A DNA stretch of 62,683 bases, filler included, from Choristocarpus tenellus KU-1152 (Eukaryota; Protista; Phaeophyceae), in assembly GCA_964200185.2 (NCBI GenBank). It is 10 parts of 10 records of this genome, joined end to end, with 100 filler letters (N's around TTAATTAATTAA, not from the genome) between each part and the next. Parts side by side here need not be neighbours in the genome. Positions count along the whole stretch, not along the records: positions 11,486 to 27,192 come from CAXNAD020000944.1; positions 27,293 to 30,830 come from CAXNAD020019384.1; positions 30,931 to 34,585 come from CAXNAD020018691.1; positions 34,686 to 38,250 come from CAXNAD020019231.1; positions 38,351 to 41,921 come from CAXNAD020019191.1; 5 more parts are not named here. One strand, 5' to 3'. Made by a program: the position numbers and the translations under genes. Below, piece by piece: positions 25,963-39,904 of the stretch; position 1 is the stretch's first letter, and each line of letters begins with the position of its first letter. Under the pieces are notes generated by a model. The model did no database searches. It was not told where the DNA came from and saw only the letters and a list, made by a program, of their open reading frames with translations.

Positions 25963-28900
25963 CTGTTGAGAATTAGGGAAGTGTAGTGAAGTGCTTTGTA
26001 AAGTTGAAGGGCAAAGAACTCTATGGAGAACCTTGATGGATTGAGATCGAACACTCATGTGGTTGACTTGAAAGTGTAAGGACTAGGGTTGGATTGGGAA
26101 TATCTACGGCTTGTCATTGTGAGGCGGTCACAGCCTTGAAAACCAAAGCGTCACAACATTGCTGTAACTTCATGGCAGAGCACCTCTTTGATGCTGACCA
26201 AGCACAAAACTGGAGGTTTCAAGGTGATGTATCTCTACTGAAAAAGAACAAAAAATTAATCATGCAAATAAACATGTTTCCTCCTCCCAGAGATCTGCTG
26301 GTGACCTTTTTTAGGTTTCATTACCCTTTCAAAAGCACAGAATACAAGATATATCGTTTCCAACTAGTGCTCAGAACTAAACAATGAGAAACCAAATTTA
26401 TATGGGTAAAATTTTGTGCGATGCAGGGAATCATCATTTGATTCAAAAATGTGCAACATACCCTTCTCTGTATCAGATACTGTTGTAATCCTAATGGCGA
26501 ACATTGAAGTCCGTACCTTCAGTGGCTACATGCCAACTTACTCTAGAGAATATTAAGGATGATAGTATACAACATTTCTGGTGGAGCGTGAGGCAAATAT
26601 ATTTTTAAAAAGCAACGCTTACACCAATGGGAAAAGACGATTCTTAATATTGTACCAACAATACATATTGAATATAGACTCCTTCGAACTTTCCTACCCT
26701 TTTGTTCTTGGTGCTACCAGAGCATATGAATATATATGAAACATGTTAAATTTTCGTATTGAATATATATTGAAGTTTGATCAAGGAACAATTGGTGGGA
26801 CAGTCTAAGATAAGACAAAATGGTATGATCAAGACTTTTTTTCTCCATTGTTGGATGCTTTATTTGTGTGTGGTGCTGCGGAATACGGCAATTGAAGGGT
26901 GACTCTTTGCCTTGAGCTGTTCCACGCTTGAACAATGTGTCCATGGTCACATATCGTGCTCCAAAAAATGTCTCAAATGATGCAAATTCCTCCCAAGTTC
27001 TGCATGAACTTCTTCAAGACCATTTCGAAGTATAATAGTGGGCATGATGAAATTATAGGTTCTTTCTGGGTCAAAGTATCTTGGGGGGGGGGGTGTCGGC
27101 GTCCGTTTTTCACCCTTTTTTCGATTTTCGCTTTGTGGGATTTGGTCGCACGCGTCGGATTTTGAATTTCTGCAAAATGGGGTTGTTTGGCCNNNNNNNN
27201 NNNNNNNNNNNNNNNNNNNNNNNNNNNNNNNNNNNNTTAATTAATTAANNNNNNNNNNNNNNNNNNNNNNNNNNNNNNNNNNNNNNNNNNNNAGCTTCAT
27301 TGTCACCCCCACCCATCTCCACACCACAATGAAGGTGTTTGAAAATCTACTACATGGCTTGCTTGGAAGCATGACCAGACAGTGGGATCATCATCACTGT
27401 GATGCGTACAAACTTACTTCCTTGTCTCCCAATGCTACTCATGATCGAACCGCTCTGTGTCAACCCTCCTCACAGATGCCACCTCCCTGATAGTACTGCA
27501 AGTGGAAGCTGGAGGAGGAAAGAGCAAGGGTAGTCCAAACAACAACATCTTGCCAAGAGACCTAGCATCAACATTTGTCCATGCGGGTGTACACGGCTCA
27601 GTGGTTCCTCTCAGACATCACCCAGTTATCTAACGTTCTGACCCTATCCATGCTACCAAGCAGGCAATGCAACGGGAAGAACCTCACGCAATCAACCTTG
27701 CCATGCCCTTCAAAATATGGCTTCTCGTGTCTTGAGTTGGGTACCTCAATCCGAGGACTAAACAAGCAACGTGCAAATCAAGGCACATTCCATGTATAGG
27801 ACCCTCTGCCTCTCGCCCTCTTCCAGCTGGATAGAGGTTCTCCTCTAGATCCACTGAGAAGGGCAACACTGTGTTAGGGAAGGGACTAAGAAGCATGATA
27901 TTAAGGTGAAGGCACTTCCACCGCCTCCACTTCCATATTCATCTCCCCTTCATCACTGAATTGCTTGTCTGCCCCAGCCACGTTGGGCATGCAATCACCA
28001 TCAACGCCGTCTCTTGTCCCTCCTACCCCTCTGGCAACTCCACCCAGTGTGAGGGGGACTCGATGTGGGCAAGGGTCAAGGTGGCATGTGTTGAGGGAGT
28101 AACAGATAGCACGAGGGATCTACTACAAGGTCTGGCGACACTGCTTGGAACTTCTTTCTGAAGTCTGCAAACAGTCATTATTAGACCAGTGTAATTTGTT
28201 GGCACCATCAAGAAAACAAACATTCGCAATAGTGAACAAAAAATATTATATTACGTACTATGTATTTTGTACTACTATTAGAGAAGGGCAACATACAAGT
28301 GCTACTCCACAGTAGCACCAGAAACATGGCGGGAAGTGACTATAAAGGAATGGACGGGTCGGGTCTGTCACCCATCCCGCTGAAGCTGACGACTATATAC
28401 TCGAGTGTTATATTTGGTACATTGTATTGAAGTAATGTCGATCGTTCTTTCACGCAAATGGTCGTAGCAATAGGTGATCACCACCAAGAATAAGAAGAAC
28501 GACAGGGCATAGACACACACAACATACAAAAAATTCTCTCTTCCGACCCGACTACAACAAAAATAGTATATTTTGCACCAAACGTCACGTACACTCCGTG
28601 TATGGAGTAGCCTCCTCTAATTTTCGTTCCTTCGAGGTGCTTCTGAGTACATGGTTTGCAGTACCAACGAAGGCTTTTTTTGTTGCTTATTCTTCATAAC
28701 ATCTTTATTATTATTATCATGGGTTTGTCCACATGCTTAGTACTTGACCGCAAGACTTTCGGCTTCACGCAACTCCATTTTGTACTTCGTCGTACTGTGT
28801 GGCATTATAAAAAAACCCTCAATCACGAAGTGCACTGTGCACCCAACATGCCCCACAACTAACTCAGCAAAAAAAACTGCCAGAGACATAACGTCACAGT

Positions 28901-30730
28901 CTCCTCGCCATTGACTCGATTCATCCCCAACACTATATTATCATCATTATTGGTACTGCAGCTAATTGTTTAGTGTATCTTCCCCCCTCCCCCCCGTGCT
29001 ATTTTTTGATGTTGTTGTGCATTCTGCTTCGCTCCACGCGACCAAGCACACAAGTATTTTTCCAGGCTCCATCGCCTTCACCCTTTTACCTAAAAGCTAG
29101 CTATAAATGCAAGGACCAGTCTGCCTCCGCAGGATGTACCCCCCAACCCCTCCCCCTCCTTCATCATTTCCTAGAAAGGCGAGGGAAGGGTACACACATT
29201 GAAGGCGGTACAAAGAGATGGACTGGGGAATGTACGGACTCTCACCACCAAAAACAAAACAAAAGGCCAACGTCATACTGTAGTTTCTTTTCCTAGTAAC
29301 ATCAAACACAACCTTGGGGTGACAACTACAGTTGATGAGGGCAGGAGACCCTCTCAATTAGAGGGGGTCGTTGACAATGAGAGAGGAAGATTATTCCTGT
29401 GCTTGCCTCTCACAATAAAAAATTGGCATAATCAGAGCCCTGTCTTCTACTTCATACTTATTCCTCTCCAGATGCTCGTATCAGAGCTCTTTCTGTACCA
29501 ATCGCACACATTCACACACCTATACAAACACAAAAATAACGTCAATTAAGCCTCCCCATCCCTCCCCACCCTTATCCAAGCATGCCTGTGTAGGTCTCTT
29601 ACGCCCTCTATCCTCGCCCCCAGTCACAGTCAGAGCCACAGGTTTCACTGTGTGAATGTCGATACTTCCTTAGTCTTCCACAAGGAAACACCAGAGCGAC
29701 AAACAACTCAAGTGCACACAGAGGTGCAGCAAGCCAAGTCCATGCAAGGGGGGGGGAGTCCCTGATGTTTCATTCATCCCTCTGCAAGGCCTTCACAAAA
29801 CGGTCAGCTTCCAGTGGAGAACAGGAAGCTGGTATAAGCAGGTGAGCCTATCACTGTGACATGAGGTGCACTGCCATCCTCCACAGTGCTCCCGTACTCA
29901 TGATCTGTTCGTGTAGTGCACATACTTTGGGGAGCCTGAATGTCTCTATGCACATGGTGGTTTCGAGGGATCCTGTATTTTGATGACGCACATGCTGCAT
30001 AGCCCAGCCAACAGCAAGGGTACAAACAGGTTTTCCATGCCATGTAATAAACTCTGCTCTGCTGACGCCTCAATCCTAGGTCTTGTGACACCATTTTGCC
30101 ATGAGTCCCTTTGAAACTATGACCAGACCCTTTCACCACATATCTGTGGCACAAAACAGATGCAAGTACGATCCCTGGAAACCATGTGTGAGTGTCAATC
30201 ATATACGGAATTAAGTATCTCACCACAACAAAAACTTCAAGAGCCGCAACCCACACCATCTTTACTCCTTTCTCCTACCCAACTTTATATATCCTCATAC
30301 AGAGGGCACCTCTTGATGCTCCAATCCTCTACCCCTTTCCCTCAAAAGAGGCTGATCTCAGACTCAGAATGAAGGCAACTCTTTCGCATTAACTGTGATG
30401 TTAACACACGGGCTCTATATCACCCCCTCCCCCCCCCTCCCCTTCCACTTGTCTATTTGCCCGACACGTGTCCTTCAAATCTCTCTGACACTTGGTATAA
30501 TGACACCAAGAAAGAGCAGACAAAAGCAGCAGGAGGTAAATGACGCCACTGTCCACTTCTGTGAGTCTGGTAGCACGAACTGGGCCTCCAAAGAGGGAAC
30601 CATATGGCATACACTCTTGTCAGCAGGCGCCACACTGCTAACAAATTCTAGTGTTGTCATGAAGGACTAGACTGAGTAGGCGAATAATATGCTGGACTTG
30701 CATCCTCCGAGCTGATATAGGGTGGAAGGA

Positions 30731-30768
<38 letters not shown>

Positions 30769-30930
30769 CTGGGGGAGGGCGGGGACAAACAAGCCCGCGA
30801 CATCCGACCACACACCCAACACCGTGTATTNNNNNNNNNNNNNNNNNNNNNNNNNNNNNNNNNNNNNNNNNNNNTTAATTAATTAANNNNNNNNNNNNNN
30901 NNNNNNNNNNNNNNNNNNNNNNNNNNNNNN

Positions 30931-30998
<68 letters not shown>

Positions 30999-31019
30999 TG
31001 GGGGGGGGGGGGGGGGCAG

Positions 31020-32940
31020 GCGTGGCAGTTTCGATTTGATTGGTTCTTCAAGAGTCGAAATGCAGCAGAACTGCAGCGAAGGGGTGATACCCTCATCCGT
31101 CTGGTGGAAAAGGAAAATGAGGAGCTGGAGGTGAGAAAGATTTCCTATATACTAGTTTATAATTATTATTAGTAGTAGTAGTAATAGTAATAGTAGGTGT
31201 TGGTAGATGGTATGTAGTACTTTATTGATGGTAATAGTAATAGTAGTAGTAGGTATTGGTAGATGGTATGTACTACTTTATTGATGGTAATAGTAATAGT
31301 AATAGTACGTAATGGTAGATGGTATGTAGTACTTTATTGATGGTAATAGTAATAGTAGTAGTAGGTATTGGTAGATGGTATGTAGTACTTTATTGATGGT
31401 AATAGTAATAGTAGTAGTAGGTATTGGTAGATGGTATGTAGTACTTTATTGATGGTAATAGTAATAGTAGTAGTAGGTATTGGTAGATGGTATGTAGTAC
31501 TTTATTGATGGTAATAGTAATAGTAATAGTACGTAATGGTTCATACCTATGGAAAGCGATGGGTATTTGGAAGTGTTGTTACACCCCTTTAATTTATTTT
31601 GTACCTGTTTGAATTTTACTAGTGGTTTGTTTGAACTTAATTTTCATGTGATCCCCCTTTCTTCTTTGTAAGTGTATTTGAGGAGACTGGGCAAATAAAA
31701 AGCCCAAATTAAGTGTTTATTAGCGTTATTAATGTGTTATTACTGTATTATTAGAAAGAAAAAAAAAGTGTGGTTTGGGGCACAATTACAATGCTTGCTA
31801 CCTCCTTGCCTACCCAGCAGGGACATGGATTTTATTTGGGTTATATACCCTGTAAGTGTCCTCTAGAAGATGTACCTTGACAAAAGTAGAAATGCAGTCC
31901 TATTTCACCACTTTAGAAGTCCTTGCATTATGTTTGATGCTACGCTCTGCTCTACAAATATATGTATTATGTGTGCATGTATTATTTACTTGTGACAGTT
32001 ACCTTCCTATCAAGGTATACCTTTTAAGGGACCTTGAGAACGAGAAGGTGGCTATCACATACTTGTTTATTTATTTGAATGGTAATGAGGAATGGAATGA
32101 TCTCATGTTTTGCTTGAATGTTTTGATGTGTGATATTCTGGATTTTTTTCTTTGGATTTTTGTTTGAGAGGAAGGCGTGAATGATGTGTGTGAGTAGTGG
32201 ATGCTCTGAAATTGGGTGAATTTAAGAGTTTCAATAGACAAGTGAAGTGAAGGTGATATGGTAGTTGTTACAGTGCTGTGGGGTGCCCCAGAGCGTATTG
32301 TTTAGTTTCATGGTTATTACGAGAAACTAGTCTATGAAGTATATGTAGTGTGGGGTTTGGGTAGGGTATTGTTGATGCCGTAACAGTTGTTATCAACTTT
32401 GTGTAGACATTAGAAATTGAGGAAGCCTTGATATTTCGGGATGCATTGGGATTGTGGATTGATGATTGTGATGGTAATATGTTGACCATGGCATCACCAT
32501 CTTTTGCATAGAAGCAAGTAGCAATCACGATGCTTATTTCGTGTCTAGCATTGAGAAGTTGGGGCTGGTTGATGTTCACGAGGTGATTGCTATCATTGTG
32601 TATTGTGCATGTGTATATATATATGTGTGTGTGTGATGTATTGCCTTGCAATGTCTCTCTCTCAACTACCAAAGGTTGCTTTCTTTTTCTTCTATTTGAA
32701 ACTTTCATTTCTATCTGAAACAGTCGTTCTCTTTGATACTGTCATTTCTATCTGAAACGGTTGTTTTATTTGAAACTGTCATTTCTATTTGTCTCTCTTT
32801 TTTTTTACACCTGTACACAGGCTGCAGCCAACACGGGGGGGAAGAAGAGGAAGAGTATGCCCACAATGGAGACCCCTGGGGGACCTAAAAAGAAGAAGGT
32901 AGCCAATCCGACAACTGGCAAAAAGAAAAATAGGCGATAA
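31020..32940 (+). CDS. ISWI: ISWI-family chromatin-remodelling ATPase, last two exons (SLIDE domain end and basic tail)
   Basis: Exon 31020-31130 = [37 protein letters not shown] (SLIDE signature). Exon 32821-32940 = [14 protein letters not shown]...PKKKK...KKKNRR*. Phase-0 GT-AG junction. Confidence 0.85.
31202..31537. repeat. 56-bp minisatellite, 6 copies, in the ISWI intron
   Basis: Unit GGTAGATGGTATGTAGTACTTTATTGATGGTAATAGTAATAGTAGTAGTAGGTATT starting at 31202, 31258, 31314, 31370, 31426 and 31482. Confidence 0.95.
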
Positions 32941-34857
32941 GACCTTTCAGCCTCCGATTTTCACAGTGGTGTATTGGGGTGGCATGATGATATTCTTGTT
33001 GCCGACTTGATTCCAGACTGACTGCCTTATCTCCCTTGGCTAGAAAAATTAAAAATTAAATTAGGGCAAGACGCGCACACACAGGCGCACACACACACAA
33101 TCAATCGATCAATAATGAGATTTCTAGTGAGTGTTACATACGTGCATGAGTCTCTTTGGATGCCCATGTTTTGTGTTAGTGGCAGAAAAAAATAAATCAA
33201 AAATAGCACATTGGGTATTCTGCCCTCAGGCAGCAGCCCCAGAAGTAGCCCCTTTGTGCCTGTTGGTGTGGTTGGGGTGGTGCTGCGGGGTGACTTGCTG
33301 CTCTCGGATGTATTTGGTTTTAGGAAGTGTGGTGGGTCGATGGATTATTGGCGAGAAGCTTTGCTGTATTGAGTTTCTTTTTCTTTTTTTCTTTTTTTGT
33401 GTTATGGTCCAAGTTTTGATCCATTACTGTTATGTGGTGAGTGACAGCATTACGTATCTGTCTCCCCCTTGCGGCCAAGAACTTGGGAGGCGAGGGTGAA
33501 TCATTGCTTGAGCATTGAAGGGTCTTTCCCCAAGCGCGCTCTCGCTCTCTAGTGTAATTTCATGGTGTGTTTATGTATGTATGTATGTATGTTGTTGTTG
33601 GGGGGAGGGATATGGGAAGCAGACGGTAGCTGGTGAGTTTTCATCACCCAACCAAGGGCCTTCTTCAACTTCCAGAGTAGATTTACTGGTTATTGGTGCT
33701 GCTGACGAAGAATTAGGATGATGTCGGTAGATTAGCAGGCTTAATTGTGGTGAGAATTGTGAGTTGGGGTTAGATGGGTTAAAGGGAGCAAGAACAGGTG
33801 GAAAAAAGTAGTCTCTAGTTGCTGCTGGTGGAGCAGTGTGGGACAGAGGTGGTTGATTGGCTGAGGCGGAAATTGTGGTTGACTATCCTGAGGTCAGTGT
33901 GCCACAGGGTGTTTTTGTCCCTAGGCCCATCTCTGTGTGTTTGTGTGTATGAGTTGAAGTAACATATTGAGAAAAGAGACCTATTCTCTTGTGTTTTTTT
34001 TGTGTGGTGGTAATGGTTGCGTTGTTTTCTAATAATGAGTTGTCGGTAGATTGTTGTAGCATATGTGGCGGTATTTTTTTGTAACGGCATTGGTTGTTTT
34101 GTTTTGATTGGTCACCACCGCTACATCTTTTTCTTATTTTACGATCTGCTTTCTTGTAGGATGTGGTTGGAATGGTGATGATTCTTACACAGGTAGGGTA
34201 CAGTGGATCATCATTTAAGAGGACTCGAGACAGCAGTGGAAGAATTTGTACATTGTGTGCAGTTAAGTCTGTTGCCTGGAATATAGTGTGTTCTTGCTTT
34301 GTGTCGTTTGTTGCATGGTCTGGATTTTACTGTACACATGGTGAAAACATTTACACAAAACATATATCTTTCGTCTGCACTTCTTATCGAAAGCCTGCCG
34401 AGCCATGCAGACATGGATATGAAACTCTACTTGTACTCAATCATGAGACATGAAGAAGCCAAAAATATCAAGCCTTCCCTGCTATTACCGTACTAACAGC
34501 CTCTGTGGAGGATGAGTTTGACCCAAAATGGTGCAAAGTGCCTATATGTTTTTTTTTTGTAGATATTGCGGCACTTTTTAAGGGCNNNNNNNNNNNNNNN
34601 NNNNNNNNNNNNNNNNNNNNNNNNNNNNNTTAATTAATTAANNNNNNNNNNNNNNNNNNNNNNNNNNNNNNNNNNNNNNNNNNNNCAAATGGACAGCCGC
34701 CACCCCCTCCCAGATAATTTGAGCCAGACATCATAGTTGACGGCGAAGGTGGAAGGTGTGTAAGCTTTGGACATCCATGGAGGGGACCTTGCAATCTTCC
34801 CCCTACCCTGTCGATCATATCGTAGTAATCACTCCGAGAATATCATATTGTTTCTAT

Positions 34858-35037
34858 GACCCAAAGTATCTGGGGGGGGTTGGCGGCTGTCCATTTGGGG
34901 CCAATTTTTCCATGTCGCGATTTTTGGGTGATTTGGTTCCATACGTTGGATGGATAATGAAAGTGCACCTTTCCTGGTTTTGCCCCAAATGGACACCCTG
35001 GTGTAGACTCCCCCCCCACCCCCAGATACTTTGGGCC
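34858..35037. mobile_element. MITE family B, complete
   Basis: TIR GACCCAAAGTATCTGGGGG/CCCCCAGATACTTTGGGCC; TSD TAT. Confidence 0.88.
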
Positions 35038-35525
35038 TATCGTTGTTATTATCATTACACTTTGAAGTATTTGTAGAAGTAGTAGTAGCAGCAGTACCAT
35101 TCTGTTATGTACTGGTAACAATTGTACATGTCTTTGGCGCCACATTTGCGCTTTTGCTAGTCTGAGTAAATACTTGGGTAAATTCATAATACTGTACTTG
35201 TTGTTCATTACTATCACAATTTTTTTTTGGCCCTACTTCAACTTATTTTTTAGACTTCAACCATTTCTGTATTTTAACTCTATGCTCATCGAATAAAAAA
35301 ATGTCTCAGAAAAAGTAGTCCCTGATGGTGCTCTGGTAGAGTCAGGAAGGTCACCTTTCTTTTTTTTTACCTCTAACAATATATATATATATATATAAAA
35401 ATTTAGTAACAAACCCTCCTTCTCATGCTAGCAAAAGAACAGTCTCCTCCTTGTCATTGCAAATGCGGCATCACACTGCATCTCGAACAACAGCATCTAT
35501 AGTAATAGTAACAATAATATGATGT

Positions 35526-36056
35526 GAGTCAAAAGTAAATGAGAGGTATCCAGACTTGCACTTCAAGGATGCTGACAAATATGCGAAAAATCTTACTTAA
35601 AAATGTGCATAGTAGTAGGAGAGTGAACATTTTTTAGAGGGTACGAGTTTTGCCCTGTTTCTCCGTTTGGAGCTTGACTTCCCACGGGGTTTTTATTTTA
35701 TTTTCCTACTCCGAAATGTTTTCAGAGTAGGAAAAATGTATACATTTGGAGTAGGTGTCATGTTTATGTCCATAACAAGGATATGAACACTTCCTAACAA
35801 GCACAATAGCCAGAATTACATCAAAATCGCAACATTTGGTTTTGGTCCCCAAACTGACGCGGCTCTACCCTCTAAGATACTTTGACTCAGGATTTTTTCT
35901 GAATTGTACAGGAAAAGTTCCTAACAACAGATAAATAAACTATTTCAAGTCGAACTTAGAACTTCAACCATAGAATATTGGTGAATTGCAAAAGATTGAA
36001 AAACAGGCTTAAAGGAGAAGGGTCAAAGCCTGGGTACCTCTTGTTTACTTTGGCTC
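35526..36056. mobile_element. MITE family D (hosts a family A copy)
   Basis: GAGTCAAAAGTAAATGAGAGGTA...TACCTCTTGTTTACTTTGGCTC; flanks ATGT/ACGT. Confidence 0.75.
35621..35888. mobile_element. MITE family A nested in a family D copy
   Basis: Both TIRs; perfect 4-bp TSD AGGA. Confidence 0.85.
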
Positions 36057-36724
36057 ACGTATAATAGTACAATAACCCGGGGCATAGGAGTAGGTATATG
36101 GGAAGAACAGGAAGACAGTAGTACAATATTTGATAGTGGTGAAGTAACTGATAGATTAGTGGTTTCCACACTTACAGTGTTTTATAGTGTTCTCACGTTT
36201 AGGATATTTTTTATCTTTAAGGGCTAATAACGACATATGTATAGTTTTCAATGGTTTCCCCCCTGACACATCTGCAAAATGTCAGAGGGTATACTAATAT
36301 AATATATTATAATATGTGATACATGTAATAACTGTTACTTCTTTAGGGATTCTTCAGACATGTGAATAGTTTTCATTTGTTTTTCCTCTTGGACATCTGT
36401 AAAATGTCATAGGGCATAATAATATGTATGTAATATGTAGTAGGATAAAATGTAATATAATGCAGAACAATACACTACGAAACAACATGATCTCTCAGAA
36501 TAATAACAATCATAATGTAATAATAGAAATAATAATTTCAAGAAAAGTTTATCAATGATTACTATTACGCAATATCTTTGAATGGGTAATGGGATACACA
36601 CACACACACACACACATACACATACACATACACATACGCCCTATCCGAAGTATATATGGAGATGTATTGACAAGGTAAGAAATACTTCCTCATCTGCATC
36701 GATCCTCACCCCACCCCACCCCAC

Positions 36725-36871
36725 CTTGGCTGTGGTTTGACCCATGAGACGCTTTTTCAACTGCTTTGTGAATTCCTCCTTGTTCCGTATTAAGCGCTGA
36801 CGCTGAGCCTCTGCCTTCTGCAGCTGCTTGGCCCTCTCCTCTCTCCCCATGCGAAAAAAGATGCTCATGAA
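36725..36871 (-). CDS. Isolated internal exon of an unidentified coiled-coil protein
   Basis: CAG|FMSIFFRMGREERAKQLQKAEAQRQRLIRNKEEFTKQLKKRLMGQTTAK|GTG; 147 nt, phase 0, no stops. Confidence 0.5.
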
Positions 36872-37185
36872 CTGCTTGTTTGTTGCATTGCAGGATTAGC
36901 GGAACGGTTTGTTGTTAAGGTTAAGGAAGGGTTCGATGTTAAGGTCAGCGACGGGGTTGCCATGCCAAGATCGGTAGCGATTACATATTCTGGTGATGAT
37001 GATGATGATGATGATGTCATGGAAATTAACAAATTGGTAGGTGCATCAAAACTCGATTTTTATGCTGCTTCTTCTCAATTGTTTGAAAGACAGCACTTCA
37101 GTTTGTTGTGTACAACTCTTCGCTTCATCACTAGCAAAGTCCTCGCAACCCATCAATGCCATGCAGTGTGTTGAGAAGATCTGGA

Positions 37186-37900
37186 TTACTGGCATTCCAC
37201 AAGCGTACAATTTGCCTTCGGAGGAGTCCCAGCAGTTGCACAGTGGCGCTCAGAGGTCGAGCCGTCTGACTTAGGGTTGCAAATCGGGGGGCACTGTAAC
37301 CTTAACCTGGTGGCTGAGCGGATTCTTGGATGAGGTAGCCGGGAACCTCGAAATATAAGGGCTAGAAGGATATTTATTGCCACTATTCAGATCCGTTTTA
37401 TGAGATATATATGATCCCACGGCCACAATGGGTATCGCGGTTATTGGGGTTTGGGGGACTTTGCGACAGAGGGTGGATTGCAGTTAAGGGCAGGCCCAAT
37501 ATCACGTTTGGTGCATTGGAAAGGCCAGAACCCGTTTGGTGCATTCCCGAGGTACGCTGTTCGTCTGCAGCAGGGGAGCCTGAGCGGTTGCATAGCGTTG
37601 CCTAGAAGTTGAGAGGTCAGTTTGGGGATTGACCGAACAGGTTTGGAATGATGTCGACCTGGTCGTATCCAACTAAGCAAGGGAATACTCCATTTGGCAA
37701 CTGAGAGGCGTGCACTGTGGCCCTTTCTTCAATTCTCCAGCAACCCAAGAAGCATCGTTGTACATGGTCTTAGAAAGAAGACCAGTCCTACACAATCAAT
37801 TGCAGGGATACAATTGCATACAGTCTCCCATGAGCACAGTACACCAAATGTGTGTAGTCTCCTTGCTTTTCATGCTGTGTATGCCAAAATGGTTCAAACC
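37186..37900 (-). pseudogene. Possible KDZ-like transposase relic
   Basis: VYCAHG, MYNDASW and CNPKSDGSTSERH in the expected order. Confidence 0.35.
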
Positions 37901-38147
37901 ACTTTAGTGCTACCCTGCAGTAAAGCTGTACTTCTGGAGTCCTGCATCATTCCCAGCAGCACCACCTATACCCACACAAACGCCTTAACATAATAAATAT
38001 CTGCCAGTATATGCTTCCACATGTAAAATCGAAAAATAGTATTGCTAATTTTCTGAGCAAGTTGTAATTTCCACTGAATTCCGACAATCCCAAGACACCT
38101 GCAATAGGCTTACACCATGCCCTACCTATAATTATTTTTTTGCTCAT

Positions 38148-38250
38148 GAGCCAAAGTATCTTAGAGGGTACAAATTTTGCTCTGTTTGTCCATTTGGGGC
38201 TTGGTTTCCCATGGGTGCTTTATGACATGTTCCTACTCCAAAATGTTTAG
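38148..38250. mobile_element. MITE family A, truncated at contig end
   Basis: GAGCCAAAGTATCTTAGAGGGTAC terminus. Confidence 0.8.
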
Positions 38251-38811
38251 NNNNNNNNNNNNNNNNNNNNNNNNNNNNNNNNNNNNNNNNNNNNTTAATT
38301 AATTAANNNNNNNNNNNNNNNNNNNNNNNNNNNNNNNNNNNNNNNNNNNNGGGGGGGGTGGGGGTTGGATAATTCTGTGTTTGTACACACATGACCAGCG
38401 TGCGGCTGATTGCTCACGATGTCTAAACCCAATTTGTTGCATTACCTCATTACGTCGTTGACAAGAACAGGAGCTTCGATTGATTGCCGTCGATAGTCTT
38501 CCCGTCATGACTATTGAAACACTACTGGTACAAAATCACATCTAACCCTTAACCCAGAACCGACCGCATAGCAACTACCAATATATGTATGTATGTACAT
38601 GTACATATATATATATATATACATAAGCACTAAAATTATGTATATTCTTCATCTGCCTCACCTCACCCCCATCCAGGCGCACCCCTCTGCGCTGACTCTC
38701 AAAGAACTGCCGCACTAATAAAGCCATATACACTCAAAAATGCGACAGAATAAGAAACAAAAAAAATTGCAATTAAAAAAGAATAATCAGATACTCTTGT
38801 GGCGCACTCAC

Positions 38812-39707
38812 ATTCGCGGCCTGCTCTGGGGGCAACCCCAGGGCCCTAACAACAGCCTCCTTATTGTCCCACATCTTATGGTTGTTAATGCAAACAACTG
38901 GATAGTTTCGAAGATTTTGCGGCGAAGGAGGGGAACAGAAGTTGTAGTAGAACCTCTCCATTCCCAGGCGGTCACCGGACTCCTCCGAGTACCTGGGCAG
39001 GGGACATTGAGGGTGTTTTGTGGGCAGCAGGGTTGAGGGTGAGGGTGAGGGTTAGGGTTTGGGGGGGGGGGTGAGGGTCGAGGTCGGAGGGGAGGGCAGG
39101 GGAAGGAGATGGAGTCATCCAATCAAAAGCAATGTTAAAAAGCGGTATTACCTCACCCTAACCCTAACCCTTACTAGGTCGTCGGTCAAGCCAACTTACA
39201 CAGAGAGAAGGGTCAGTCAGGGGGAGAGGGGGGGGGACAGACTGCATACATTGTTCTAACAGCGAAGGCAATCGCTTTCGGCTTTGCTAACTGTTAGCAT
39301 CACTTCAACAAAATAAAATAATACAAAATACAAAATACAAAACGACTACCTTCTACCTCCCGACGTCGGTGACTATACCTCAGACGCCAATGTTTCCCCA
39401 TGCACACACACAAACGGCACAGTGCAAAGAAACAAGGTGCAAACAACGGGGAGATTCGATTTCATACGTCACACAGACAGAAGAAAAAAAGAAAAAAAAC
39501 ACCCAAGAAGAAAAATCCCTTCCTCGGTACTATAAAAACTCAATAATGCGAAATGAACGTCAAATTTCAAAAAAAGGCACACACACACAAAAAAGAAAAA
39601 AGACCTATTGAGTAGTAGTAGCATTTCTTTGCAGCAGCTGCTCAGACTACAAAAACATGTGTCTTGCGGATTCAGCGACTGGTCTACTACTAATACTTCG
39701 CCAGTTC

Positions 39708-39738
<31 letters not shown>

Positions 39739-39739
39739 A

Positions 39740-39782
<43 letters not shown>

Positions 39783-39869
39783 AAAGNNNNNNNNNTTCTT
39801 TGCAGCAGCTGCACAAAAAAAAAAAACAGGTGTTTGGCGGATAAAGCAAATGGTAAAAAAAAAAAACTA

Positions 39870-39904
<35 letters not shown>

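Noticed and set aside
27300-28200. Plavaka-like transposase relic
   Set aside because: A single weak YPSGN-like match, too decayed to call by eye.
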